DNA from: Bdellovibrio sp.
Lineage (GTDB): Bacteria; Bdellovibrionota; Bdellovibrionia; Bdellovibrionales; Bdellovibrionaceae
DNA: 64,000 bases
Direction: 5' to 3'
Assembly: GCA_036677065.1 (NCBI GenBank)
Contig: JAKFBS010000004.1
Location: 384,001 to 448,000 of the forward strand
Below the pieces are notes generated by a model. It saw only the letters and a list, made by a program, of their open reading frames with translations, did no database searches and was not told the DNA's origin. Positions 1 to 10,368 of this stretch are shown piece after piece. Both the position numbers and the translations under genes were made by a program. Position 1 is the first letter of the stretch; every line of letters begins with the position of its first letter.

Positions 1-263
1 CTTTTATCTCTGGCGCTATTTCTAAGACTGTAAATTTGCCAAATAGTGCAACTGAAGCTGACATCGCCGAGGTTTATCATAAAGCGTGGCGCTTAAATTT
101 AAAAGCAGTGGCTGTGTACCGAGATGGTAGCAAATTTGTACAGCCCTTGAATCGCAATAAGCCAGAGTTTCCCGCTTGTACCGAATGTGGTAGTCCCACA
201 GTTCTAGAATCAGGCTGTTATCGCTGTCTGAATTGCGGAACCACAACAGCCTGTTCGAGCTAA
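1..263 (+). CDS. nrdJ: 3' end of class II (B12-dependent) ribonucleotide reductase, partial at window edge
   Basis: Frame open from base 3: [13 protein letters not shown]...[11 protein letters not shown], then a C-terminal CxxCG...GCYRCxxCG Zn-ribbon tail. Confidence 0.9.
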   Translation, partial: FISGAISKTVNLPNSATEADIAEVYHKAWRLNLKAVAVYRDGSKFVQPLNRNKPEFPACTECGSPTVLESGCYRCLNCGTTTACSS

Positions 264-346
264 ATAAGCAGTCAAGATTCGGTTAAAATACGTTATGGCA
301 GAGCTATCTCTAGGAATCATCTTTGATCTGTGATATTCAAGCATCC

Positions 347-733
347 ATGCAGGCACAAGCTACGATTCTAGTAATGGATGATGATATTGATCTTCTCGAT
401 GTTCTTAAAGAGACCTTAATTACATTATGCAAAATCGATCAAGTCATTACAGCCAATTCATTATCTGCAGTTCAAGAACAAAAAGAAGCAATCCTAAAAT
501 GCCAATTAGCTATTTTAGATGTGAACCTAGGTGCGGGCCACCCATCTGGTGTAGATGTGGCTGAATGGCTTCGCGCAAATAATTTTACAGGTAAAATTGT
601 TTTTCTAACGGGACATGCTGTTTCAGATCCAGAAGTTTTAGCCGCAACAAAAATGCCTGACACTAAAGTGGTTGCAAAGCCAATCGGCCTTAGCCAGTTA
701 CTTAGTTTTGTCGAAGGTGTAGCACATACGTGA
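347..733 (+). CDS. Stand-alone response regulator receiver domain
   Basis: ILVMDDD, LAILDVNL (phospho-Asp), FLTGH and AKP receiver motifs; ATG at 347 chosen as start. Confidence 0.88.
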   Translation: MQAQATILVMDDDIDLLDVLKETLITLCKIDQVITANSLSAVQEQKEAILKCQLAILDVNLGAGHPSGVDVAEWLRANNFTGKIVFLTGHAVSDPEVLAATKMPDTKVVAKPIGLSQLLSFVEGVAHT

Positions 734-1566
734 ATAACCGCACTCCTGAATCGCATATGGAAGCATATCGCACGCTGGTCTTTGCGTGTGTGGCCTCAAT
801 TGTGGTGCAGACGATTTTTATTTTCATTGATGGCGCAACTTTAGGAATGTTCATGGCTTGGCTCAATGGCGCACATGTATTCATTGCAGCGGTCATCGGC
901 TATTGGCTGTTTAGTCATCGCAAAAATGTGCCTTCAGTAAAAGCTTTAGAGGTCGGATTTTTTATTTTATCCGCTCCGTATTTAGTAACAACCTGGATGG
1001 GTGAAACTACGGGCATCGAACTTGGACAAATTCGGCAACCGTTTGTTCCTTTTCAGTTTCTTTGTATTTACATTGCTGTGTTATCGCCAGGACGCATAGT
1101 CGTTGCGGCCGCTGAAATTTTTGTGAGTCTTGCTGTAGCGGTGGCTTTCTGGTTTGTTTTAAAGAGTCAGTATCCACTCACAGGTATAACCAGCGAACCT
1201 TGGGCGACTTTAACTTTTGGTCTTATCGCCTTGATGATGTTAGCCGCTAGAGCTTACCGTAAAGGTATAATTCAGAAATTAGAAAAAACGCGTGCTGAAG
1301 CTGAAGCTTTTGAACGCGCGGCCCGTTTGTTTTTAGCAGTGCGTGATCGGGCCAATTCTCCGTTACAAGTCATTAACTTGTGCGCAACTTTAATCATGGC
1401 GCGTAATCCTGCCGAAGTAGAAACAGTTGAACGTTTGCAGCGATCATTGATTAAACTCAAAGAGCTGACCGACATCTTAGCCGAAACCGAAATTTGGCGC
1501 GAAACTTATAAGGCTGGCGGCGATATTTCTGCAGAAATCGACAAAACTTTTAATAAACTGGTTTAA
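730..1566 (+). CDS. Multi-TM membrane protein with a C-terminal DHp/HisKA-like helix lacking the His and lacking an HATPase domain
   Basis: About 6 hydrophobic segments, then VRDRANSPLQVI resembling an H-box; 4-nt overlap with the receiver gene. Confidence 0.65.
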   Translation: MNNRTPESHMEAYRTLVFACVASIVVQTIFIFIDGATLGMFMAWLNGAHVFIAAVIGYWLFSHRKNVPSVKALEVGFFILSAPYLVTTWMGETTGIELGQIRQPFVPFQFLCIYIAVLSPGRIVVAAAEIFVSLAVAVAFWFVLKSQYPLTGITSEPWATLTFGLIALMMLAARAYRKGIIQKLEKTRAEAEAFERAARLFLAVRDRANSPLQVINLCATLIMARNPAEVETVERLQRSLIKLKELTDILAETEIWRETYKAGGDISAEIDKTFNKLV

Positions 1567-1586
1567 TTATTGCTGAACAATTTCTA

Positions 1587-2651
1587 ATGAAATTGATGCG
1601 CAAAATATTCATTATCGTTTTAATTCTTGGTGCAATTCGGTTGTTACTTCCAGTCGCTGCGTTGGCAGCTTTAAATTACGCCTTACGCAACAAAATCGAA
1701 GATTACGTGGGACATATTGATAATCTTCATCTTGCGATCTTAAGAGGTGCTGTAGAGTTTAAAGACCTGCATCTTGAAAAAAGAGATAAACCTGAAGCAC
1801 TTCAAGCAAATATCGAAAGCATTAAATTCAATCTTTTATGGCAAGACCTATGGGATAAGAAAGCTATTGCTGAAGTTTATGTAAATAAGATTGAAGTGGT
1901 CTTAACTGAAATCCCTAAACTAAAACCGCCAAAGCCCGAAGATTTAACATTTAAAAAAATTAGAAAAATATTAGCTGAGTCGGAATGGTCTTCAGAATTA
2001 AATAAATTTGAAATCAGGAATTCGTCGGTTAAATTTTTAGTGCCGAAGGCAAAAGCCCCATTGTCAGTTTCAAACATCAACGTTAATGTTTATAATCTGC
2101 ATTTTTCGCCGGATAGAGAATGGCAGTTATCTGATTTTACCCTAAAAGGTTTATTGCAGGGCCAAGGTGAAATAAATCTAAGCGGTAAACTTCAGCCGCT
2201 GGCATTGCCTCCGATGGCAGAAATTAATTTTTCATTAGTTGATTTCGAGCTAAAAACTTTAAATGGGCTGTTACTTAAAATCTTACCCATGGATATTACG
2301 CGCGGAAAATTAAGCGCTTATATAGAGGCAGCTACAGAAGAAGGTCATTCCAATGGTTATGCTAAAATTTTTTTTGATGAGATAGATGTTTTGGCCAGTC
2401 CGCAAAAATTTAAATCAGGCCGCCATTTTTTAATTGAGGCGGGTGCTGCTCTAGGAAACTGGGTTTTAAAAAATGACAAAGAGAAATCCTTAGCGGTAAA
2501 CCTGCCATTTAAAATTAAGCATGATAACGTGGCGGTGAATACGTCTGAAGCCTTCTGGTCAACAATAGAAAACAAACGTGATGAGCTTGATCGTAAATTA
2601 GATAACTCAGTCAGTTTTGTGCAAAATCGTAATGAAAACAAATTAGAGTAG
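1587..2651 (+). CDS. DUF748/AsmA-like protein
   Basis: N-terminal anchor, YVGHIDNLHLAILRG, and a beta-rich body typical of DUF748. Confidence 0.7.
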   Translation: MKLMRKIFIIVLILGAIRLLLPVAALAALNYALRNKIEDYVGHIDNLHLAILRGAVEFKDLHLEKRDKPEALQANIESIKFNLLWQDLWDKKAIAEVYVNKIEVVLTEIPKLKPPKPEDLTFKKIRKILAESEWSSELNKFEIRNSSVKFLVPKAKAPLSVSNINVNVYNLHFSPDREWQLSDFTLKGLLQGQGEINLSGKLQPLALPPMAEINFSLVDFELKTLNGLLLKILPMDITRGKLSAYIEAATEEGHSNGYAKIFFDEIDVLASPQKFKSGRHFLIEAGAALGNWVLKNDKEKSLAVNLPFKIKHDNVAVNTSEAFWSTIENKRDELDRKLDNSVSFVQNRNENKLE

Positions 2652-2789
2652 CTATTATATATCAAGCGTTCATACTTTCATAAATATTCCTTTTTGACTC
2701 GTTTTTTAGACTAATGGGGCGAAATTACCAAGTGATAATTTAAATTCTGTTTTAAAGGCCATTAAATGCAATTTGCATGTCATTTATCA

Positions 2790-2805
2790 TGGCGCCACGT
2801 TTGCT
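2790..2805 (+). promoter_or_regulatory. sigma54 (-24/-12) promoter
   Basis: TGGCGC-CACGT-TTGCT with canonical GG-N10-GC spacing, upstream of the ORF at 2853. Confidence 0.65.
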
Positions 2806-2852
2806 TTAGACGATGCAAACTACATTACAGACATTGTCAGAAGAAGGACAGC

Positions 2853-3083
2853 ATGCCTCAACGCCAATCCAATAAGAGTCAAATCTCTCGCCGTGGTCAA
2901 ATGAACAAAACCGATATGGCCAAAACTACTCCTGCGAGTCGCCCTCGTGATGACTTGCGAACAGCTTATGGTGGCGATGAAAACCGAGGCCCTGCTGACG
3001 ATCAGAAAACGACGTCATCTAAAGGTGGCAAAGTTAAAGGTCGCAGGCTTCCTGCGGATTCGGCGAAAACTCCAATCCGCTAG
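2853..3083 (+). CDS. Small basic hydrophilic hypothetical protein
   Basis: AAGGA RBS before ATG 2853; upstream sigma54 motif. Confidence 0.55.
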   Translation: MPQRQSNKSQISRRGQMNKTDMAKTTPASRPRDDLRTAYGGDENRGPADDQKTTSSKGGKVKGRRLPADSAKTPIR

Positions 3084-3276
3084 AGGGGCTTCCTTAGACC
3101 CAGATTGGAACTCATTTATTTTAGATGAATTATAACTGAGTCCGAAATGGAACTGGTGGGATAAAAAATTCCTTTACCAAAAATTGATCAACAAAAAAAT
3201 GGACTATGTTAATAGGGATGAACTACAAACAGCTCATCAATTTATTTTTATTTACTAATTATTTTTAGGAGATTTT

Positions 3277-3816
3277 ATGAAACAGTTATTAATGGTTATC
3301 GCGGTGATCTGCTTAGCACAAACTGCAAAAGCGCAATCTTGGCAATATATGCCTGAAAATCTTTCTTTAGTTCACGAACACTTAAATAAAGATCTTTATC
3401 AATTCGACAATAAAATCGTTAATTTTTCGATGTCTAAAAACAGAGAAGTGGCTCGCCTGCAAATTTTAAATAACCTGTGCCCTTCGGCTAATGGCGGTTT
3501 TTCTTGTTTAGCAATGCCTTCAGTTGTTTTAAATGCAACTTACACCATCAAACATGTGACTACTGATGACTGCGGCGTTCAAACCCTGATCAGCAATAAT
3601 GTTGAAGTGGGCAGTAAATTTGAGAGAAATGTAAAACGTTATTCACAGGTTCGCATTACTGATTACACTCATTCAGTTTGTGAAATGGTTTATCCGGCTG
3701 ATGTGAAGGTAGAATTAAAAGAAACGACTAAAGATTCTGAATTAGACAAAGTTGAAATTCACTATTCGACATTATTATTCAATTACGCAAAAAATAGTGG
3801 TCCTGTGTCTCAGTAG
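3277..3816 (+). CDS. Secreted hypothetical protein with several Cys
   Basis: AGGAG RBS; Sec signal peptide ending AKA. Confidence 0.75.
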   Translation: MKQLLMVIAVICLAQTAKAQSWQYMPENLSLVHEHLNKDLYQFDNKIVNFSMSKNREVARLQILNNLCPSANGGFSCLAMPSVVLNATYTIKHVTTDDCGVQTLISNNVEVGSKFERNVKRYSQVRITDYTHSVCEMVYPADVKVELKETTKDSELDKVEIHYSTLLFNYAKNSGPVSQ

Positions 3817-3844
3817 TTGTTGATTGAAATACGGTACTCAAATT

Positions 3845-3877
3845 AAAAGAGGCGACTTATGTCGCCTCTTTTTTTTT
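3845..3877. terminator. Bidirectional rho-independent terminator
   Basis: AAAAGAGGCGAC-TTAT-GTCGCCTCTTTT plus T tract, between convergent genes. Confidence 0.85.
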
Positions 3878-3880
3878 GGT

Positions 3881-6124
3881 TTATGCTAATGTGTTAGCTA
3901 GTAACATTTCACGGTACTTAGGTAATGGCCAGAATTCATCTGATACGATAAGTTCTGCTTCATCACAAGCGGCACGTAATTTAAAGCTTAATGGCTGCAA
4001 CGTGTTTACGATATCATGCATGCGTTTTTCTTCGTCATGAGATTTTTTAGATTTCTCAACTAACGTTTTCATTTTTTCTAACTCAGTTAATACGCGGGCT
4101 AAAACGCCATCTAAAGTAGTTAAACGACTTTCGTGTAACTTAGCTGTAGCTTTTGAAGGAATCGCTGCGTGAGCCTGGGCCATTGCGCCGAATTGTTTTT
4201 CGATTGCAGGTACAATGTAAGTCTCAGCTAATTCGATTAAAGCTAAATGCTCGATATCTAAAGTTTTCACATAACGCTCAACCGCGATATGGTAACGTGA
4301 ATTGATTTCTTCTTGCGATAATACATTTGTATCAACTAAGAATTGCGTTTTCTTTTTGTCTTTAAACATCTCTAAAGCTGCAGGTGTTGTGTTTAAGATC
4401 GGAAGACCACGTTTTTTAGCTTCAGCTTTCCATTCATCAGAATAGCCATTGCCGCTGAAACGGATGTTTTTAGTTTCTTTAACAACCTGACGAACTAATT
4501 CCATAACGGCTTCGTCGCGTTTTTTCTTTTTCAATAGGTCTTTTAAGCGAGCTGAGCACTCTTTGAACGAGTTCGCTACAGCTGCATTTAAGATCGACAT
4601 AGGTACGGCTACGTTTTGCGTAGAGCCCACAGCGCGGAATTCAAATTTGTTTCCGGTGAATGCAAATGGCGAAGTGCGGTTACGATCAGTGTAATCTTTA
4701 GAAACTGTTGGAATTTTATTAACACCTAAATCGATGATCGATTGCTCAGTGGCTTTTAAAACTTTACCGGCTTCGATGGTGTTTAAAATGTCTTCTAATA
4801 AACTTCCTAAGAAAGCTGAGATGATCGCTGGAGGGGCCTCGTTAGCCCCTAAGCGGTGATCATTACCCGGTGAAGCAATCGCTGCGCGAAGAACTGCAGC
4901 GTTATCATAAACCGCTTTTAAAACCACCGCTAAACACGCTAAGAAGCGTAAGTTTTGGTGCGGAGTATTTCCGGGTTCAAGTAAGTTTTCGCCTTTGTCG
5001 TTAGCCATTGACCAATTGTTGTGTTTTCCTGATCCGTTAACGCCGGCAAAAGGTTTTTCGTGAAGTAAGCACACTAAACCGTGTTTTAAAGCTGTGCGTT
5101 TTAAAACTTCCATCGTTAGTAAGTTGTGATCTGAAGCGATATTCATATCTTCGAATATTGGAGCTAATTCGAATTGGCTTGGCGCCACTTCGTTATGGCG
5201 GGTTTTAATCGGTACGCCTAATTTGTATAATTCAAATTCACACTCTTGCATGTACTGAGTAATACGAGAAGGGATAGCTCCGAAATAGTGATCTTCTAAT
5301 TGTTGGCCACGAGCTGCAGCTGAGCCAACTAATGTACGACCAGTCATAATTAAGTCGGGGCGCAACGCGACAAAGTTTTTATCAACTAAGAAGTACTCTT
5401 GTTCAGCACCTAATGTTGTCGAAATCTTTTTAACATCGACATCGCCCAATAATTTTAAAAATTCGCACCCTGCAGTAGTAATAGCTTCAGTTGAACGTAA
5501 TAGGGGAGTTTTATTATCTAAAGCTTGGCCGTGATAACCGAAAAACACTGTCGGAATACATAATGTCTTACCGTTGCCTTCTTCTAAAATGAACAACGGC
5601 GACGAGGGATCCCAAGCTGTATAGCCACGCGCTTCGAAAGTTGAACGCATGCCGCCTGAAGGAAATGACGAAGCATCTGGTTCACCTTGAATTAACTGCG
5701 AACCCGTGAATCTTTCGATAACACGTAATTCAGAATGATTTGAATGTTGAATCGTGATGAAGGCATCATGCTTTTCAGCAGTTGATCCTGTCATCGGTTG
5801 AAACCAGTGACAAAAGTGAGTTACACCTTTTGTGATAGCCCATTCTTTCATTGCCGAAGCAATTGCTTCAGCAGTTTCTTTAGGTAATTTTTTACCTTGA
5901 TCTAAAGTTTTAAGTAAATTGTTGTAGGCATCTTTAGGAAGCTTTTCGCGCATCTGCGCAAGACCGAAAGTAGAGCAGCCAAAGTATTCAGATATCGGAG
6001 ATTCTTTTCCGAACTGATCTTTGATTTTTGTGATTGAGGTTGTTTTTGTTTCGATCGCGGCTTTAAAAGCGCCGTGACGTGCGGTTACAGCAGTGCCTGC
6101 TGCAGTCTCGTTAGTCGAGTGCAT
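3881..6124 (-). CDS. Glutamine synthetase type III
   Basis: 747 aa; HFCHWFQPMTG.TAEKHD, GEPDASSFPSGG, HNEVAPSQFE, NGSGKHNNWS, DHRLGANEAPP and TDRNRTSPFAFTGNKFEFR motifs. Confidence 0.95.
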   Translation of the reverse strand: MHSTNETAAGTAVTARHGAFKAAIETKTTSITKIKDQFGKESPISEYFGCSTFGLAQMREKLPKDAYNNLLKTLDQGKKLPKETAEAIASAMKEWAITKGVTHFCHWFQPMTGSTAEKHDAFITIQHSNHSELRVIERFTGSQLIQGEPDASSFPSGGMRSTFEARGYTAWDPSSPLFILEEGNGKTLCIPTVFFGYHGQALDNKTPLLRSTEAITTAGCEFLKLLGDVDVKKISTTLGAEQEYFLVDKNFVALRPDLIMTGRTLVGSAAARGQQLEDHYFGAIPSRITQYMQECEFELYKLGVPIKTRHNEVAPSQFELAPIFEDMNIASDHNLLTMEVLKRTALKHGLVCLLHEKPFAGVNGSGKHNNWSMANDKGENLLEPGNTPHQNLRFLACLAVVLKAVYDNAAVLRAAIASPGNDHRLGANEAPPAIISAFLGSLLEDILNTIEAGKVLKATEQSIIDLGVNKIPTVSKDYTDRNRTSPFAFTGNKFEFRAVGSTQNVAVPMSILNAAVANSFKECSARLKDLLKKKKRDEAVMELVRQVVKETKNIRFSGNGYSDEWKAEAKKRGLPILNTTPAALEMFKDKKKTQFLVDTNVLSQEEINSRYHIAVERYVKTLDIEHLALIELAETYIVPAIEKQFGAMAQAHAAIPSKATAKLHESRLTTLDGVLARVLTELEKMKTLVEKSKKSHDEEKRMHDIVNTLQPLSFKLRAACDEAELIVSDEFWPLPKYREMLLANTLA

Positions 6125-6296
6125 ATTTGCTCCTTCAGTCTCTAAGAATGCGTGACTCCTAGAAAGTTAAATTTTTGCTTGGGAAAGCTTACAGAAATAT
6201 AAATCTATGTAAAACAGTCCACGAGACATAGGCTATCCTGCCCGTGCAGAGTTCGCAAGAGGGTCTGGTAAATAATTTAGAGCGTTAGGTTTGAGA

Positions 6297-6629
6297 TTAC
6301 TTGGCTGCAACTTTAGCGCACTTATAAGCTACGCCAAGGGCTTTGCCACCGAAGAATCCACCTTGAGCCAGCGTCCAAACGATATGAGTAGCGCCCATAT
6401 TGGCAGCGTCGTTCATAGCTTGGTTTTTAGCGTAGTTTTTGCCAGCTTCTTGCATGAATAAGCCACCGTATGAAGAATTACCTATAACTTCACCCATAGT
6501 CTTGCAATCTTTAACTTGGCTTCTTTCGTTATCGTTAACTTGTGTAATGCGAGAAGCTTCGTGAGTTAAAGCCGTCGCGCAACCAGTAAGAGATAGGGCT
6601 AATAATCCTAAGACTAAAATATTTTTCAT
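6297..6629 (-). CDS. Small lipoprotein (DUF4156-like)
   Basis: Lipobox LTGC; C..MGEV...A.N.AANMGATHIV...AYKC pattern. Confidence 0.7.
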   Translation of the reverse strand: MKNILVLGLLALSLTGCATALTHEASRITQVNDNERSQVKDCKTMGEVIGNSSYGGLFMQEAGKNYAKNQAMNDAANMGATHIVWTLAQGGFFGGKALGVAYKCAKVAAK

Positions 6630-6654
6630 TATGTAATCCTTTATGTTTGAAAAT

Positions 6655-7794
6655 TTATCTTACTTGTTTAACGAAAGTGATCAAGGCCATTTCTGCAAAG
6701 TACTGCTTACGTCGCTCGATCATTAGCGGGGAATTTGATGTGGCGGTAAGCTCTTGGGTGAAGCTATGGCCGTTGAAGCTTCCCATGACGACGGCGCGCT
6801 CTAGGTTTTCGTCCTGTGGAAATAGCGCAATAAAGTTTTCTTCGTGTGTGAAAAAATCTGTATCTAGTGGCTCCGGAGATTGTTTCCACATCCAGTTTTT
6901 ATATTTTTTTAATTCATTAGATAAGCGGTGATTTAAAAAGCCAGCGGTCACGAAATCATAAAATGCGAATTCTGAATTTGACGTCAGTTTCGAAAAAGCT
7001 TGTGTGATATCAGTAAAGTTTTTTAACGCCGTAATATTTTCTAAAGCCTTATCAATTTTATCGACGATAGCTTTTGCTAAATTTTCTTGTGATTTGAAAT
7101 ACGTGAATTTCACTTCGACGTACGGGTGATGCACCCGGTAACCGATATCAAATTTTAAATCTGGCCAGCGGCCTTCTAAGCAAGCTTCAGTTAAGGCAGC
7201 GACTTCTGATTCTGGAGTTCCTAAAGTATCCCAGGCTTTCGTAATTTTTTTATCGAACAACTGAGTTTCAACAAATAACCATTTAGCAATTGATTCATTC
7301 CAGACAGCTTCAATTTCTGCTGGCGGGCCAGGTAGTACGAAAACATCTTTTAAGCCATAAGCGGTTTGCACTTCCATTTGAAAACCGTTAGCGGTTCCTT
7401 GTGAATTATTTAAAATCACAGCGCCTTCAGGAAAATAACACTGTTGTTTTTGAATATCTCTGACGACAAAATTTCGGCTGTTCATACGTACAACAATGGA
7501 TTGCCAAGATTTATCATCAAATTTTAAATCTTTTTTTGACCACTCTGAAATTAACTCGCGAGTAAAGTCATCGCTCGTTGGCCCAAGGCCGCCAGTTACA
7601 AAAATATAATCAGAATTTTGGGCGCAAAAATCTAAAGATTTCAAAATAGAAGGGCGCTCATCCGGCACAGTCAGCTGCAGTGCGGTTTCTAAGCCAAAGG
7701 GAATAAGTTTGTCTGAAATCCATGCTGCGTTCTTATTGAAGATTTGTCCGGTGGTTAATTCAGTGCCAACGCCTAAAATAGTGGCTTTTTTCAT
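6655..7794 (-). CDS. cinA: CinA-like protein with molybdopterin-binding domain and a degenerate C-terminal domain
   Basis: GTELTTGQI.NKN, TGGLGPTSDDFTRE, GTANG and LPGPPAE motifs. Confidence 0.85.
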   Translation of the reverse strand: MKKATILGVGTELTTGQIFNKNAAWISDKLIPFGLETALQLTVPDERPSILKSLDFCAQNSDYIFVTGGLGPTSDDFTRELISEWSKKDLKFDDKSWQSIVVRMNSRNFVVRDIQKQQCYFPEGAVILNNSQGTANGFQMEVQTAYGLKDVFVLPGPPAEIEAVWNESIAKWLFVETQLFDKKITKAWDTLGTPESEVAALTEACLEGRWPDLKFDIGYRVHHPYVEVKFTYFKSQENLAKAIVDKIDKALENITALKNFTDITQAFSKLTSNSEFAFYDFVTAGFLNHRLSNELKKYKNWMWKQSPEPLDTDFFTHEENFIALFPQDENLERAVVMGSFNGHSFTQELTATSNSPLMIERRKQYFAEMALITFVKQVR

Positions 7795-7880
7795 AGCTAA
7801 ATCCTTATTTTGACCTTTATCAAGCCTGATACCTTTGTTACAGTCAAGCCATTCAAAAACCAGCTTTCCGAGGTAAAACC

Positions 7881-9080
7881 ATGAACACAGTTGATTTAAA
7901 AACTTTTGATTTAGCTAATCCTACTGAAACGCACCAAATGTTGCGTGATACTTTAAAATCTTTTGTTCAAGCCGAAGTTGAACCACAAGCTCATGAGCAC
8001 GACAAAAAAGAAAAATTCAATTTACCTCTGTTTAGAAAATTAGGTGAACTTGGTTTATTAGGAATCACAGTTCCTGAACAATACGGTGGCTCAGGTCTTG
8101 ATGCGACGGCTGTTGTTTTAGTGCATGAAGAATTATCTGCAAGTGATCCAGGTTTTGCTCTAGCTTATTTGGCTCATGCATTACTTTGCGTGAATAATTT
8201 AGCGGTTAATGGTTCTGATGCACAAAGAGAAAAATACTTACCAAAACTTTGCTCTGGCGAATTCGTTGGAGCCATGGCGATGTCTGAACCAGATTACGGT
8301 ACAGATGTTATGGGTATGCAAACGACCGCGACTAAAAAAGGTGATAAGTACGTGCTTAACGGACGTAAAATGTGGATCACTAATGGCGCGATCGATGATA
8401 ATAAAACAGCTTGTGATATGGTTTGGGTTTACGCAAAAACTGGCGAAAAAAATGGCCGTGCGCAATTATCAACATTCATCGTTGAAAAAGGTGATTTAGG
8501 TTTCTATGTTGGTCAAAAAATCCACGATAAATTAGGAATGCGCGCTTCAAACACGGCAGAATTAGTTTTTGAAAACTGCGAAATTCCTGCAGACCGTCTA
8601 GTGGGCCACGAAGGTGATTCTATGCTTCACATGATGCGTAACCTTGAATTAGAGCGCATTGGCTTAGCGGCAATGTCTTTAGGTATTGCCCGTCGTTCAA
8701 TTGAAATTATGAATAAATACGCAACTGACCGTAAAGCTTTCGGTAAACCGTTAAATTTCTACGGCCAAATTCAAAAATATGTTGCAGATTCTTACGCTGA
8801 ATACAAAGCAAGCTCTGCTTATGTGTACGATACAGCCCGTAAACATGATCTGCATAAAGAAGGTAACCGTTTAGATTCAGATGGCGTAAAACTAGTAGCA
8901 ACGACTATGGCAAAAAATGTGGCTGACCGTGCGATTCAAGTTCTTGGTGGTTTTGGTTATGTCGGCGAGTACGTTGTTGAACGTCTTTGGAGAGATTCTA
9001 AATTATTAGAAATCGGTGGCGGTACATTAGAAGCGCATCAAAAAAATATTACGCGTGATTTAGCACGTTTAGGTTTCTAA
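7881..9080 (+). CDS. Acyl-CoA dehydrogenase, likely isovaleryl-CoA dehydrogenase
   Basis: AMSEPDYGTD, LNGRKMWITNG, DKLGMRASNT and ERLWRDSKLLEIGGGT motifs. Confidence 0.9.
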   Translation: MNTVDLKTFDLANPTETHQMLRDTLKSFVQAEVEPQAHEHDKKEKFNLPLFRKLGELGLLGITVPEQYGGSGLDATAVVLVHEELSASDPGFALAYLAHALLCVNNLAVNGSDAQREKYLPKLCSGEFVGAMAMSEPDYGTDVMGMQTTATKKGDKYVLNGRKMWITNGAIDDNKTACDMVWVYAKTGEKNGRAQLSTFIVEKGDLGFYVGQKIHDKLGMRASNTAELVFENCEIPADRLVGHEGDSMLHMMRNLELERIGLAAMSLGIARRSIEIMNKYATDRKAFGKPLNFYGQIQKYVADSYAEYKASSAYVYDTARKHDLHKEGNRLDSDGVKLVATTMAKNVADRAIQVLGGFGYVGEYVVERLWRDSKLLEIGGGTLEAHQKNITRDLARLGF

Positions 9081-9794
9081 TTGGCGTCTAATCATTTTCC
9101 TTTAAAGTCTGAGCTTGAAATCACCCCGGGACGTTTTGTCTCGGCTGATACGGTCATGGAAAAAATCTGGCCGATTCTAACTCCTGAACGCCAACGCAAA
9201 ATTGAAGCTGTCACTTCGAAAAGATGTTTTTCTATTCCAGTGGTTTTAGAAAGTATTTATGATCGTGGTAATATTTCTGCAGTCATGCGTACAGCCGAAG
9301 GCTTAGGTTTTGCTAATTTTCATATTATCGAAACGGCCGAGAAATTTAAAAATTCTCAGCGTGTAACTCAAGGTGCAGATAAGTGGATTGAAGCGAAAAA
9401 ATGGAAGTCTTCTGCTGAAGCTATTAAATATTTTAAAGATAATAAAATCCGTATCTGTGTAACTTCATTAGAGGCGGCTAAACCCCTTCATGAGGTCGAC
9501 TTTTCTACGCCTTTAGCTTTGGTGCTGGGTAATGAAAAAGACGGGGTTTCTAAAGAAATGTTAGAGGCTGCAGATGAACGGGTGATCATCCCGATGCCTG
9601 GCTTTGTCCAAAGTTTTAACATCTCGGTAGCCGGTGCCCTATGCCTGTATCAGATCTTTCAAAGCCGATTACATCGATTAGGCAAGAATGAAGACGTGAC
9701 CCCTGAGCAGATCTCGATTTTAAAGGCAGCTTATGCTTTAAGAACCCTGGATTCGGCCGAAGACATTTTGCGCGCGGACACTGTAAAAAATTAG
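9081..9794 (+). CDS. trmH: SpoU/TrmH tRNA (G18 2'-O) methyltransferase
   Basis: GNISAVMRTAEG, LVLGNEKDG and IPMPGFVQSFNISVA motifs. Confidence 0.85.
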   Translation: MASNHFPLKSELEITPGRFVSADTVMEKIWPILTPERQRKIEAVTSKRCFSIPVVLESIYDRGNISAVMRTAEGLGFANFHIIETAEKFKNSQRVTQGADKWIEAKKWKSSAEAIKYFKDNKIRICVTSLEAAKPLHEVDFSTPLALVLGNEKDGVSKEMLEAADERVIIPMPGFVQSFNISVAGALCLYQIFQSRLHRLGKNEDVTPEQISILKAAYALRTLDSAEDILRADTVKN

Positions 9795-9903
9795 CCTTAT
9801 TTTCCAAAACCCTGCCTTGACTCAATTCTAACCCGGTTAAATACGTTTTAATGGTATAACTGCTCCTGTTGATAAAAACCCAACCCTTCAGGAGACGATA
9901 TTT

Positions 9904-10368
9904 ATGAAATATACTTTAGCTTTTTTAATCGCAACAATCGCTGCGACCTCGGTATTTGCCGGTGAAACAGTTTGTTTAAATGCAAAACTAAAATTAAATA
10001 CAGCGCCAGCTTTAAGTTGTGGCGGCGTTAAGCAAATTTGCGTGACTGGCTACGAACAGCACGACGAAGCTCGTGTAGATGAAAGAATGACGGCTAAATC
10101 ATTAGTGTTAACGAATGAAAGCGGTAAATCTTTAGAATTAGGATTTGATGGACAAACGGTAAGTCACGATTCAGATGTCGACACCCATTTAGGTTTGGAT
10201 TTTAGTAACAAAACGATTTCAGCTGCTTTAGAAATTGAAACTGATTATATGGATTACGATTCACGTGCGCCCATTACTGGAACATTCATTTTGATGGATC
10301 TTTATAGAGCTTATAAAGTTAATGGTGATATTAAAGTTCAGCGTTGTGAATACGAACTTTCGAAATAA
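9904..10368 (+). CDS. Secreted hypothetical protein
   Basis: AGGAG RBS; signal peptide ending VFA; 4 Cys. Confidence 0.7.
   Translation: MKYTLAFLIATIAATSVFAGETVCLNAKLKLNTAPALSCGGVKQICVTGYEQHDEARVDERMTAKSLVLTNESGKSLELGFDGQTVSHDSDVDTHLGLDFSNKTISAALEIETDYMDYDSRAPITGTFILMDLYRAYKVNGDIKVQRCEYELSK

Noticed and set aside
6125..6296. glnA glutamine riboswitch upstream of GS-III
   Set aside because: Could not match the conserved glnA-motif segments
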